From positions 339,408 through 403,407 of the forward strand of contig JAJTCH010000001.1 in assembly GCA_021323225.1 (NCBI GenBank): a DNA stretch of 64,000 nt, given 5' to 3'. Below the pieces are notes generated by a model. That model was not told the DNA's origin. It was given only the letters and a program-made list of their open reading frames with translations, and made no database searches. Of the stretch, positions 29,697 through 38,372 are shown piece by piece; position 1 is the stretch's first letter, and each line of letters opens with the position of its first letter. A program made the translations under genes and the position numbers. The stretch comes from Rickettsiaceae bacterium (GTDB lineage: Bacteria; Pseudomonadota; Alphaproteobacteria; Rickettsiales; UBA1997).

Positions 29697-30963
29697 TCCG
29701 CTTGATTTGGCCTATAAAATCTCAATTTCCGACTATAAACAAAACTGGGTTTTTTTATATTCCGGCCTGAATAAAAAAATTAGAAATTCGAAATCTTATA
29801 TTGGTCTTTATCCGCAAAAAGAAATTATCTCGGATAATTTTAATGAGTTGGAAGATGTTATACAAAACAGCCAGGATCAATGGCTTGGCTATCTTTCTTA
29901 TAACTTAAAAAACCAGTTAGAAAATTTAAAAACTGATAAAAAATCTCTCCTAAATCCTCCGGATTTATGGATGATAAATTTTGGTCTGATGCTTGAATTT
30001 GATCATGACAAAAAATGCATCAATATCATAAAAAATTCTTGTGATTCTGACTTAGAAAAAATCCAGAAAATAATCAGCATCAAAGCAAAAACAGGACCAA
30101 AAATAATCGAATCAGCAAGCATCGCCGGCTCTAATTTCAGCAAAAAACAATATCTGGAAAAAGTTAAAATCACCCAAAATCATATTGCTGATGGCGATAT
30201 TTATCAGGCCAATTTAACTAGAAAATTCTTTGGTAAATTAAAAGTTAAAAATAAGTTTGAAATTTTCTTAAAGCTTACAGAAGCAAGCCCCGCCAATTAC
30301 AGCTCATTTTTAAAATTTGAAAAATATCAAATAATCTCTTCCAGCCCGGAACTGTTTTTAAAAATCGACGGCAAAAATAATGTTTTATCCTCACCAATAA
30401 AGGGTACGGCTCCGAAGTTAAAAAATAAGAAATTGGATCAAAAATCAAAATATGATCTGCAAAACAGTCAAAAAGAACAGGCAGAAAATTTAATGATTGT
30501 TGATTTGGTTAGAAATGATTTTTCAAGATATTGTAAGCCAGGATCGGTGCAGGTCAAAAACCTGTTTAAAATTTCCAGCTATAAAACTTTGCATCACCTT
30601 TCTTCCGATATTTGCGGCGTTAAAAAACCGGATGTCAGCAATTTAAGTGTTATCAAATCCTGCTTCCCAGCTGGGTCCATGACCGGCGCTCCAAAAATTA
30701 AAGCTATGGAAATTTGTAGCGAGTTAGAAAAACAGGCAAGAGGAATTTATAGCGGCGCAATTGGTTTTGTTGGCAAAAAAGAATGTGAGTTATCGGTGGT
30801 GATTAGAACTTTAGTTGTTGAGGATGACAAATTTGAATTTCAAGTTGGCGGTGCAATAACTTTTGATTCTGATCCTGAAAAAGAATGGCAAGAAAGTTTA
30901 AATAAAGCGCGGGGAATTGCTAAAACTCTGGGGATAAGATTATCGGATTTAAGAAGAATTTAG
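29665..30963 (+). CDS. pabB: aminodeoxychorismate synthase component I (chorismate-binding enzyme)
   Basis: 432 aa. GDIYQANLTR, SSPELFLK, PIKGTAP, ENLMIVDLVRND, GSMTGAPKIKAME, RGIYSGAIGF. No adjacent glutamine amidotransferase gene. Confidence 0.85.
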   Translation: MPKKLKLNWLNPLDLAYKISISDYKQNWVFLYSGLNKKIRNSKSYIGLYPQKEIISDNFNELEDVIQNSQDQWLGYLSYNLKNQLENLKTDKKSLLNPPDLWMINFGLMLEFDHDKKCINIIKNSCDSDLEKIQKIISIKAKTGPKIIESASIAGSNFSKKQYLEKVKITQNHIADGDIYQANLTRKFFGKLKVKNKFEIFLKLTEASPANYSSFLKFEKYQIISSSPELFLKIDGKNNVLSSPIKGTAPKLKNKKLDQKSKYDLQNSQKEQAENLMIVDLVRNDFSRYCKPGSVQVKNLFKISSYKTLHHLSSDICGVKKPDVSNLSVIKSCFPAGSMTGAPKIKAMEICSELEKQARGIYSGAIGFVGKKECELSVVIRTLVVEDDKFEFQVGGAITFDSDPEKEWQESLNKARGIAKTLGIRLSDLRRI

Positions 30964-30980
30964 ATCATTGTTGTGTATTT

Positions 30981-31100
30981 CTGGATTACCGCGTTAGGGC
31001 TAAAGCCCTTCCTCGCAATGACGATATTGGAAGTTTTGGCGCATTAATTTCAAAATCGTCATTGCGAGGAGCCTGCGCAGCCAGCGACGCGGCAATCCAG
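30981..31100. repeat. MITE-like palindromic intergenic element, copy 1
   Basis: CTGGATTACCGCG...CCTCGCAATGACGAT-(about 30 nt AT-rich loop)-ATCGTCATTGCGAGG...CGCGGCAATCCAG. The terminal and subterminal inverted repeats are read directly from the sequence. The right arm is near-identical to the copy at 60013-60123 (2 mismatches in 44 nt). Confidence 0.85.
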
Positions 31101-31115
31101 TTTTAAAGATTTTTT

Positions 31116-32021
31116 CTATATCTCTTCTCGCATCCTCATAAAACTTGGAAATCTTGGCTTATTATTTTTGGTTTTGCCAAAAAATTTATAAGTAATTGTG
31201 CTGCCGATTTTTGGTGGATATCTTCTTTGTTCGTCACTAAAACCGGTGCCGATTTTGAAACGCATTTTATCTTTATTTTCTACCAATAATGCACCCATCA
31301 TTCCTGTAAATTTGCCGGTCCCGGCAATATGTCCAATTACAACCGCCTCAGCATCTTCAAAAGTTTTTAGCTTTAAAATATCATCATTGCGCACTGCTTG
31401 ATAAAAAGAATCCGCTCGATGCAACATCAAACCTTCTCCACCATTTTTTACAATCTCATTAAGCTGTTTTGTCAATTCTTTATGACTGAAAATTTTTTCT
31501 TGAGGAATTATTTGGAGATATTTTGACTTAGACTTTACAACCAGTATTTTCATTGTTTCAAGCCGCTCTTTAAAAATTCCTTTATGTTGCGGCATGTCAA
31601 ACAACATGAAGTGAACTTGTTTCCACTCATCGTCTTCAGGAATTTCTTTACGAACAATTCCTGAAAGCTTCTCGAAACTACCACGCGAAATCCACAATTC
31701 TCCCTCAAGATGATCGGATGGAAAATCTTTGATAAACCATTTTGGAGCGTTAAAAATACTTCCTTCGCGCGAAATTAAATTTTTACCGTCCCAATAAGCA
31801 CGCACTCCATCAAGCTTTTCACTAACTAAATATTTTGTTACATCAATGCCACTGTGATAAAGATTTGCCAGCTGGATTTCCGGCTTGGAAGTTTTAACTA
31901 TTTCAGCAAAAGATGGAGATAGAAAATTTATAAAAAATAAGACAGAAAGGAAAAAAGCAAAAAGGTGTTTTTTATAAATAGCGATTGTAGATTTTGATAA
32001 GATAATTTTTTTCATGTTCAT
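31116..32021 (-). CDS. minimal ATP-dependent DNA ligase with signal peptide (Lig E type)
   Basis: 301 aa. The N-terminal hydrophobic leader is ...LFAFFLSVLFFINFLSPSFA/EIV. Adenylation motif I SEKLDGVRAYWDG, EGELW, EGLMLHR, ILKLK, and OB-domain end PRFPSFMRMRE. It appears colinear with Haemophilus/Neisseria periplasmic-type ligases, compared from memory. Confidence 0.85.
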   Translation of the reverse strand: MNMKKIILSKSTIAIYKKHLFAFFLSVLFFINFLSPSFAEIVKTSKPEIQLANLYHSGIDVTKYLVSEKLDGVRAYWDGKNLISREGSIFNAPKWFIKDFPSDHLEGELWISRGSFEKLSGIVRKEIPEDDEWKQVHFMLFDMPQHKGIFKERLETMKILVVKSKSKYLQIIPQEKIFSHKELTKQLNEIVKNGGEGLMLHRADSFYQAVRNDDILKLKTFEDAEAVVIGHIAGTGKFTGMMGALLVENKDKMRFKIGTGFSDEQRRYPPKIGSTITYKFFGKTKNNKPRFPSFMRMREEI

Positions 32022-32060
32022 TTCCTAAAAAATTAAGCAATCAAATCAAAAGGAGAAATT

Positions 32061-32558
32061 ATGACTAAGTCAAACCATAAATTTGACCATAAGCTGGATT
32101 TAATGCTGGAGCGTATTGTTGACGTTCCAAAAGAATTTATCTGGAAAGGTTGGACGGTACCGGAAATTCTTAAAAAATGGTTTTGCCCCCTACCCTGGAA
32201 AACTGTTGAATGCGAAATTGATTTGCGCCCAGGTGGAATTTTTCGTACTGTAATGCAAGGGCCGCAAGGAGAAAAAATTAATGAATTAGGCTGTTTTCTT
32301 GAAGTGGTTGAAAATGAAAAACTAGTTTGGACTAATGCAATTGGCCCTGATTATCGACCTATAGATTTAGTCTCTTGCAGCAATTTCCCAATGACTGGAA
32401 TCATATTGCTGGAGCCGCACGAAAAAGGCATAAAATATACTGCAATTGCAATTCACAAAAACGAAGATGATCGTAAGAAGCATGAAGAAATGGGTTTTCA
32501 TGAAGGATGGAATGCGGCCTTTGACCAACTGATCGATTTATATAAACAACAAAAATAG
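32061..32558 (+). CDS. SRPBCC / AHSA1-domain protein
   Basis: 165 aa. ERIVDVPKEFIWKGWTVPEILKKWF...GGIFRTVMQGPQGE...GWNAAFDQL is typical of Activator-of-Hsp90-ATPase-homolog-1-like START-fold proteins. Confidence 0.8.
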   Translation: MTKSNHKFDHKLDLMLERIVDVPKEFIWKGWTVPEILKKWFCPLPWKTVECEIDLRPGGIFRTVMQGPQGEKINELGCFLEVVENEKLVWTNAIGPDYRPIDLVSCSNFPMTGIILLEPHEKGIKYTAIAIHKNEDDRKKHEEMGFHEGWNAAFDQLIDLYKQQK

Positions 32559-32566
32559 GAGAAATT

Positions 32567-33004
32567 ATGGCTAGAACCAGCACTTATTTAAACTTTCCAA
32601 GAAATACCGAAGAAGCATTTAATTTTTATAAATCCGTTTTTGGCGGAGAATTTATCGGCCAAGTAGCGCGCTTTTCTGATATGCCGAAAAATGAGGGCTG
32701 TCCTGTAGCAAAAGGTGATGAAAATCTGATTATGCATATTGAATTAGCAATTGTTGGCGGTCATGTTTTGATGGGAACCGATGCGCCAGAATCAATGGGT
32801 TTTGAGGTAAATTTTGGAAATAATATTTACATCAATTTGGAACCGGACACACGTGAAGAAACTGATAAATTATTCAAAGCTTTATCAGCTGGAGGAAAAA
32901 TTGAAATGGAACTTCAGGATATGTTTTGGGGCGCTTATTTCGGATCTTGCATCGATAAATTCGGAGTTAGATGGATGTTTAATTGTGTGATAAGAAATAG
33001 TTAA
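32567..33004 (+). CDS. VOC/glyoxalase-fold protein (PhnB-like)
   Basis: 145 aa. YLNFPRNTEEAFNFYKSVFGGEF...IMHIEL...LMGTD...FWGAYFGSCIDKFGVRWMFN matches the PhnB/3-demethylubiquinone methyltransferase-like VOC family. Confidence 0.8.
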   Translation: MARTSTYLNFPRNTEEAFNFYKSVFGGEFIGQVARFSDMPKNEGCPVAKGDENLIMHIELAIVGGHVLMGTDAPESMGFEVNFGNNIYINLEPDTREETDKLFKALSAGGKIEMELQDMFWGAYFGSCIDKFGVRWMFNCVIRNS

Positions 33005-33032
33005 ATCACTCTTTGAGGAGCAACTTCTTTCA

Positions 33033-33077
33033 TTTGTCATTCCCGAGCTAGAACTTCTTAGACTTGAGGATGACAAA
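33033..33077. terminator. imperfect hairpin between convergent genes (possible bidirectional terminator)
   Basis: TTTGTCATTCCCGAG - 15 nt - CTTGAGGATGACAAA. There are 8 perfect pairs plus about 6 further pairs or wobbles. It lies between the VOC gene stop (33004) and the MFS gene stop (33113). No strong U-tract. Confidence 0.4.
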
Positions 33078-33112
33078 CTAAGAGAATGCAACACAAGAAA
33101 ATAAGATAAGAA

Positions 33113-34360
33113 TTACTCAGCTTTTACCACTTCAGTTGCCAATTCCTGTTTGCAGGCTCGTTGCTCATAAAACATGATGGCAATTGCCGCAATTCCAAGA
33201 ATTAAAAATCCAAGAATAATTGTCGTAACAGCACCGTCATAGGATTGCCCAATTATAGTTCCCAGCACAATGCCGATTATTGACGAACTACAACCGATAA
33301 TCGATGAGGCAATACCAGCAATTTCTCCCATTGGCTCCATCGCCAATGCGTTGAGATTGCCAAAAAGCATACCAAAGCAAAATAGCAAAAAGACGCCATA
33401 TAAAAAATATAGCCAAAAAGATAATGGCATGATCATGTCGATGGCCAGGAATATTGCCGATGCAACAACAATGATCATTGTAGCGCAAAAGCATAAATGG
33501 CGCATTCCAAGACGCTCAACTAATTTTGAATTCACAAAAGATGCCGCACCAAAAGCCAGCGCTTGTAAACCAAAATAAACCACAAACATATCACCAACTT
33601 TATATTGCACCTGAAAAATCTGTTGCACGGAACTTAAATCCCCCATCAAAGCCCCGAATATGCAGCCAAGAGCAATTGTGTAGCTAAGCGTTACCCTGTT
33701 TGTAAAAATAATTTTTGAGCTGCGAATCAGGTTAGAGATTTTATAAGGAATGCGCTTTTCGGGTGGCAATGTCTCTTCCAATCTCATAAAAATCCAGGCT
33801 CCAACAGCAAGCGCATAGAAAATATAAAGCACAAAAATATATTTCCACGACGCCACCATGATGATGGTTTGACCCAATGCCGGCGCAACAACGGGCACCA
33901 TGATGAAAATAGTCATGACCAAAGACATGATTTTAGCCATGGCTCTTCCGCTATATTTATCACGCACAATCGACATGCAGGAAATATAAGGGCCGGAAAC
34001 TCCCAAACCTTGCACAAACCTTCCAAATAACATCATTTCAATTGATGAAGAATTAATGCAAATCAAGCTTCCAACAAGATAAAGCGCTAAGCCGCCATAA
34101 AGAACTTTCTTGCGGCCCAAAGCATCAGAAAGCGGCCCGCAAATTAATTGCCCAATTGCCGTACCAACAAAAATAGAGCTAATAATATATTGCGCCTGGT
34201 TAGGATGTGATATTCCCATTGCTTCACCAATAACACTAAGAGCAGGCAGCATAGCATCAATTGAAATTGCCACAACCGACATTAACACCGCCATCAAAGC
34301 GACAAATTCTTTTTGACCAGCAGGATGGATTATTTGGTCAGCCTGTTTTTCTATATTCAT
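33113..34360 (-). CDS. MFS transporter, Bcr/CflA (DHA1) drug-efflux subfamily
   Basis: 415 aa with 12 predicted TM helices. Motif A GPLSDALGRKKVL. The overall layout resembles bicyclomycin-resistance-type exporters. Confidence 0.85.
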   Translation of the reverse strand: MNIEKQADQIIHPAGQKEFVALMAVLMSVVAISIDAMLPALSVIGEAMGISHPNQAQYIISSIFVGTAIGQLICGPLSDALGRKKVLYGGLALYLVGSLICINSSSIEMMLFGRFVQGLGVSGPYISCMSIVRDKYSGRAMAKIMSLVMTIFIMVPVVAPALGQTIIMVASWKYIFVLYIFYALAVGAWIFMRLEETLPPEKRIPYKISNLIRSSKIIFTNRVTLSYTIALGCIFGALMGDLSSVQQIFQVQYKVGDMFVVYFGLQALAFGAASFVNSKLVERLGMRHLCFCATMIIVVASAIFLAIDMIMPLSFWLYFLYGVFLLFCFGMLFGNLNALAMEPMGEIAGIASSIIGCSSSIIGIVLGTIIGQSYDGAVTTIILGFLILGIAAIAIMFYEQRACKQELATEVVKAE

Positions 34361-34416
34361 TTAAATATTTTGCGGATTGGTAACGTAGGAAGGAGATTGA
34401 TAAGCTCTCTAAAATT

Positions 34417-34446
34417 AGAGCCTATCCTTGTTTAAGGATAGGCTCT
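34417..34446 (-). terminator. rho-independent terminator-like hairpin after the DUF1328 gene
   Basis: AGAGCCTATCCTT-GTTT-AAGGATAGGCTCT is a perfect 13-bp stem with a 4-nt loop. It lies 60 nt downstream of the small-gene stop and on the minus strand is followed by AATTTTA. Confidence 0.55.
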
Positions 34447-34505
34447 GGAAGAAAGCTAATTTATTTTGCGGTAAAATCAAGAAGTGGTTTGGCTGTTCAA
34501 AACTG

Positions 34506-34685
34506 CTAATCGCCTCTAATTTTTTTGCCGGCAAAAAGCGCTGCAATAATAACAATTGCCCACACAGCAATAAAGACAAAGAATAAAATTTTAGCAATTG
34601 ATGCAGCTACTCCTTGAATTCCGCCAAAGCCTAACACTCCGGCAATTATTGCAATAATCAAAAAATACAAAGACCATTTAAGCAT
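34506..34685 (-). CDS. DUF1328 / UPF0391 small membrane protein (YtjA-like)
   Basis: Not in the ORF track (59 aa). My translation is [59 protein letters not shown]. An AGGAGA Shine-Dalgarno sequence lies 5 nt upstream of the ATG at 34685. It has the typical two-TM UPF0391 signature (GxLGFGG). Confidence 0.75.
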   Translation of the reverse strand: MLKWSLYFLIIAIIAGVLGFGGIQGVAASIAKILFFVFIAVWAIVIIAALFAGKKIRGD

Positions 34686-34875
34686 ATAAATCTCCTGTTG
34701 TTGAAAATTGGTTATATTAGAAATATTCGGTGATTAAATATGAATGTGGTTTTAGCTAGATTTTATAAATAAAGTATAAAGATAATTTGCTTGCAAAATT
34801 CTTCTGTCATTCAGCAAAGCTGTAGGCTAAAATGATATTAATGAAAAAATTTTGTAACTCGAAATTAATTAAATC

Positions 34876-36273
34876 ATGTTTGAGTTAGACGCACTTTTAT
34901 TAGCCCGAATCCAATTCGCCTTTACCATTTCCTTTCACATCATCTTTCCCGCTTTTACTATCGGTCTGGCCAGTTTCTTGGCGGTTTTAGAATGGCGCTG
35001 GTTGAAAACCGGTGATGAACATTTTCGCGATCTTTACAAATTCTGGATTAAGATTTTTGCCGTTGCTTTTGGCATGGGCGTGGTTTCCGGCATTGTTTTA
35101 TCTTACCAATTCGGCACTAACTGGTCAGCTTTCTCAGACCGAGTTGCCAATGTCATTGGCCCGCTTTTAAGTTTTGAAGTTTTAACCGCCTTCTTTTTAG
35201 AAGCCTCCTTTCTTGGCATCATGCTTTTTGGCTGGGGAAGAGTTGACCCGAAAATGCATTTCGCTTCAACTTGTATTGTTGCGGTTGGAACTTTAATTTC
35301 TGCATTCTGGATTTTATCCGCCAATAGCTGGATGCAAACTCCGCAAGGTTTTTCAATCGGCGAAGATGGCAGGCTTTATCCTGAAGATTGGCTTAAAATT
35401 ATTTTCAATCCCTCCTTTCCTTATCGCCTTCTTCACATGGTAAGTGCCGCTTATTTAACCACAGCTTTTGTCGTTGGCGGTGTCGGAGCATTTTATTTAT
35501 GGCAAAAACGCCATATCAACCATGGCAAAATTTGTTTAAGCATGGCGGTTTTGCTGGTTTCTATTGTTGCGCCATTGCAAATTTTTATCGGCGACTTACA
35601 TGGACTTAACACCCTAAAACACCAACCAGCAAAAATTGCAACAATGGAAGGATTGTGGGAAACAACCAAAGGCGCAGACCTATTATTATTTGCGGTGCCG
35701 GATGCAAAAAATGAAACTAATCATTACGAAGTTAGAATTCCAAAATTAGCCAGCTTGATTTTAACCCATGACGCAGAAGGCGAAATCAAAGGCCTGAAAG
35801 AATGGAACAAGGAAGATCGCCCACCGGTTTCACCGGTTTTTTATGCTTTTAGAATAATGGTTGGAATCGGGTTTTTAATGCTTTTAATTGGTCTGATAAG
35901 CGCAATTAAATATTTTAGAAAGTCACTTTTTGACAGCCGATTCATGCAAATTTGGTGGATGATAATGATGCCTTGTGGCTTTATCGCCATTATCGCTGGC
36001 TGGTTTGTAACCGAAATTGGCCGCCAGCCTTACACGGTTTATAATATCATCAAGACCGCAGAATCAGTCTCCCCATCAATAATCGGCGCCCAAGTTGCCT
36101 GGTCGCTTCTGGCTTTTGTTGTTATGTATAGTTTTATCTTTGGTGCGGCTACTTATTACATTCTTAAACTTATCTTCAAAGGAATTCCGGCTTCGAAAGA
36201 AAAGGAACAATTTTACAAACACAGTAAAGAAGCTGTTATTTCTGGATCAAAAAATAAGGAGCACAATGCTTAA
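34876..36273 (+). CDS. cydA: cytochrome bd-type ubiquinol oxidase subunit I (short Q-loop form)
   Basis: 465 aa. LARIQFAFTISFHIIFPAFTIGLA, GWFVTEIGRQPY. The length indicates the short Q-loop (CioA-like) class. Confidence 0.93.
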   Translation: MFELDALLLARIQFAFTISFHIIFPAFTIGLASFLAVLEWRWLKTGDEHFRDLYKFWIKIFAVAFGMGVVSGIVLSYQFGTNWSAFSDRVANVIGPLLSFEVLTAFFLEASFLGIMLFGWGRVDPKMHFASTCIVAVGTLISAFWILSANSWMQTPQGFSIGEDGRLYPEDWLKIIFNPSFPYRLLHMVSAAYLTTAFVVGGVGAFYLWQKRHINHGKICLSMAVLLVSIVAPLQIFIGDLHGLNTLKHQPAKIATMEGLWETTKGADLLLFAVPDAKNETNHYEVRIPKLASLILTHDAEGEIKGLKEWNKEDRPPVSPVFYAFRIMVGIGFLMLLIGLISAIKYFRKSLFDSRFMQIWWMIMMPCGFIAIIAGWFVTEIGRQPYTVYNIIKTAESVSPSIIGAQVAWSLLAFVVMYSFIFGAATYYILKLIFKGIPASKEKEQFYKHSKEAVISGSKNKEHNA

Positions 36274-37288
36274 CTTCTCAGAAATAATCGACCTACCCTT
36301 AATCTTCGGCATCATCATCGCCGCCGCAATTTTTCTCTATGTTTTATTAGACGGCTTCGATCTTGGCATTGGCATTCTCTTCCCTTTTGCCCCTTCCGAC
36401 AAATGCCGTGACCGCATGATGAATTCTATCGCGCCATTTTGGGATGGAAATGAAACCTGGCTGGTCCTAGGCGGTGGAGCTTTGTTTGCCGCTTTTCCTT
36501 TAGCTTATTCAATTTTACTTCCGGCTTTTTACATTCCAATCATCATCATGCTTCTTGGTCTTATCATGCGCGGCGTAGCTTTTGAATTCCGCTTCAAATC
36601 ACAAGGAAAATCACAGCGTCTTTGGGATTATGTTTTCCATTTTGGTTCGCTTGGCGCAGCGTTTTTTCAAGGAGTAATTCTTGGCGCTTTTGTGCAAGGA
36701 ATTGCGGTTGAAGGTAGAAATTTCAGCGGCTCTGCTTTCGACTGGGCTAATGGTTTTAGCATAATGACCGGAGTGGCGTTAGTTTTTGGATATGCCCTAC
36801 TCGGCTCAACTTGGCTGATCATGAAAACTGAAGACATAACCCAAGAATGGTCACATAAAGTTGCGCCTTATGTTCTTATTTTTATCGGTATTTTCATGGC
36901 TTTAGTCAGTGCCATCATGCCTTTTTTAAATGCGGGAATCCGTGAATTTTGGTTTAAATTTCCTAATTTTTATTATCTTCTACCAATCCCATTAACCACA
37001 ATTATTCTCTTCGGCATTTTGTGGCTTGATCTCGTAAAAAGAAAACGAGAAAGCCGACCTTTTATTTTAGCAATCACCATTTTCTTGATGAATTATATCG
37101 GCATCGCTATCAGCCTCTACCCTTGGATCGTTCCTTTTCAATATAATATCTGGGAAGCCGCCGCCTCTCCTCAAACTCTTTCTTTAATACTGATTGGCGT
37201 TGCTCCGTTATTGCCAATAATTCTAGGATACACAGCCTATTGCTACTATATTTTCAGAGGCAAAACCAGCCATGAACATTATTACTAA
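36266..37288 (+). CDS. cydB: cytochrome bd-type ubiquinol oxidase subunit II
   Basis: Start at the ATG at 36266 (MLNFSEIIDLPLIFGIIIAAAIFLYVLLDGFDLGIG), giving an ATGCTTAA overlap with the cydA stop. Contains WDGNETWLV. The track ORF start at 36095 lies inside cydA. Confidence 0.93.
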   Translation: MLNFSEIIDLPLIFGIIIAAAIFLYVLLDGFDLGIGILFPFAPSDKCRDRMMNSIAPFWDGNETWLVLGGGALFAAFPLAYSILLPAFYIPIIIMLLGLIMRGVAFEFRFKSQGKSQRLWDYVFHFGSLGAAFFQGVILGAFVQGIAVEGRNFSGSAFDWANGFSIMTGVALVFGYALLGSTWLIMKTEDITQEWSHKVAPYVLIFIGIFMALVSAIMPFLNAGIREFWFKFPNFYYLLPIPLTTIILFGILWLDLVKRKRESRPFILAITIFLMNYIGIAISLYPWIVPFQYNIWEAAASPQTLSLILIGVAPLLPIILGYTAYCYYIFRGKTSHEHYY

Positions 37289-37424
37289 AAAACTGGAACT
37301 TTATTTCAAGATCCATCCAAAAACCAGACAATGGTTGTGGTTTATTTTGCTTTGGCTGGCTGGATTCTTTACTGTGGCAATAATTGCCTACTTGCTTAAA
37401 CTTTTAATAAAAAATTTTTCTTAA
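37272..37424 (+). CDS. small single-TM protein after cydB, DUF2474-like
   Basis: Not in the ORF track (50 aa). MNIITKKLELYFKIHPKTRQWLWFILLWLAGFFTVAIIAYLLKLLIKNFS. It overlaps the cydB 3' end by 17 nt in another frame. The basic-W-hydrophobic-helix pattern resembles the DUF2474 mini-proteins found after cioB/cydB. The family assignment is from memory. Confidence 0.5.
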   Translation: MNIITKKLELYFKIHPKTRQWLWFILLWLAGFFTVAIIAYLLKLLIKNFS

Positions 37425-37442
37425 TTTAAATCAGGAGCAATC

Positions 37443-37880
37443 ATGAAAAACCACCAAACTCTAGCCGCATTGGAAGAAACCTTAGCAAATTCTTATTCGC
37501 TAATGCTTAAAACCCATAATTATCACTGGAATGTTACCGGAGAAAATTTCAAATCCCTTCACGAATTATTTCAGGCTCAATATGAAGAATTATTTGAAGC
37601 AATTGACGAAATTGCGGAAAGAATTAGAGCTCTTGGCAGTAAAGTTGACGGCACTTTTGAAAGATTTTCAAAATTGAGCAAATTTAAAAGCGGCGATAAA
37701 AATTCTGACGCAAAAACCATGATCAAAGATTTAATTTCTAACCATGAAGAACTGGTGAAATTCTTAAAGTCAGCAGTAAAAACCGCACAAGAAGAAGGTG
37801 ACGAGGCCAGTGCCGATATGTTTATTGAGAGAACTCAAATTCATGAAAAGGCAATTTGGATGTTAGAATCTAGCAAATAA
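37443..37880 (+). CDS. dps: Dps-family DNA-protection/ferritin-like protein
   Basis: 145 aa. KTHNYHWNVTGENFKSLHELFQAQYEELFEAIDEIAERIRALG carries the ferroxidase-site residues H..W...H...E..D.IAER. Confidence 0.9.
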   Translation: MKNHQTLAALEETLANSYSLMLKTHNYHWNVTGENFKSLHELFQAQYEELFEAIDEIAERIRALGSKVDGTFERFSKLSKFKSGDKNSDAKTMIKDLISNHEELVKFLKSAVKTAQEEGDEASADMFIERTQIHEKAIWMLESSK

Positions 37881-37883
37881 ATC

Positions 37884-38360
37884 ATGAAAATAAAAATTAC
37901 CAAAGCTGAAGAGCAAGATTTTGATGGGGTTTATGAAATCCTGATGCATGAGGATGTAAACCCCTTCATGAATTATCCAATTATCGAAAAATCTGATTTC
38001 CAGAAAATTTGGTCAGAATTTTTTTCCCGTCTATATGTATGGAAAGAAGAGGAAGAAATTTTTGGAATAGTCGCCATCACTAAAGGAACCCATCGCGTAA
38101 AACATATTGCCTATATTGAAAAATTGGCAATTAACCAATCCCTAAATCGCAAAGGCCTAGGCACAATATTTTTTAGTGAAGTCATTAATTCACTTGCTAA
38201 AGAAGGAATAACAAAAATCGAATTAAATGTTGAAACCGATAACACCCGCGCGATTTCTTTCTATAAAAAACTCGGCTTTGAAATTGAAGGAACTCGCAAG
38301 AACGCATTAGACCGCGAAGGTGAATTTATCGATAATTATTCCATGGCTAAAATTCTTTAG
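37884..38360 (+). CDS. GNAT-family N-acetyltransferase
   Basis: 158 aa. Acetyl-CoA-binding motif A LAINQSLNRKGLGTIF, plus AISFYKKLGFEIEG. Confidence 0.85.
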   Translation: MKIKITKAEEQDFDGVYEILMHEDVNPFMNYPIIEKSDFQKIWSEFFSRLYVWKEEEEIFGIVAITKGTHRVKHIAYIEKLAINQSLNRKGLGTIFFSEVINSLAKEGITKIELNVETDNTRAISFYKKLGFEIEGTRKNALDREGEFIDNYSMAKIL

Positions 38361-38372
38361 AGCTAACAGTGT

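Noticed and set aside
34415-34597. 60-aa minus-strand ORF from the track
   Set aside because: It is in the wrong frame relative to the SD-preceded DUF1328 gene (34506..34685) and runs through the terminator hairpin.
34786-34797. TTTGCttGCAAA palindrome upstream of cydA, considered as an FNR/CRP-type site
   Set aside because: It does not match the TTGAT-N4-ATCAA consensus in either sequence or spacing, and there is no supporting second site.
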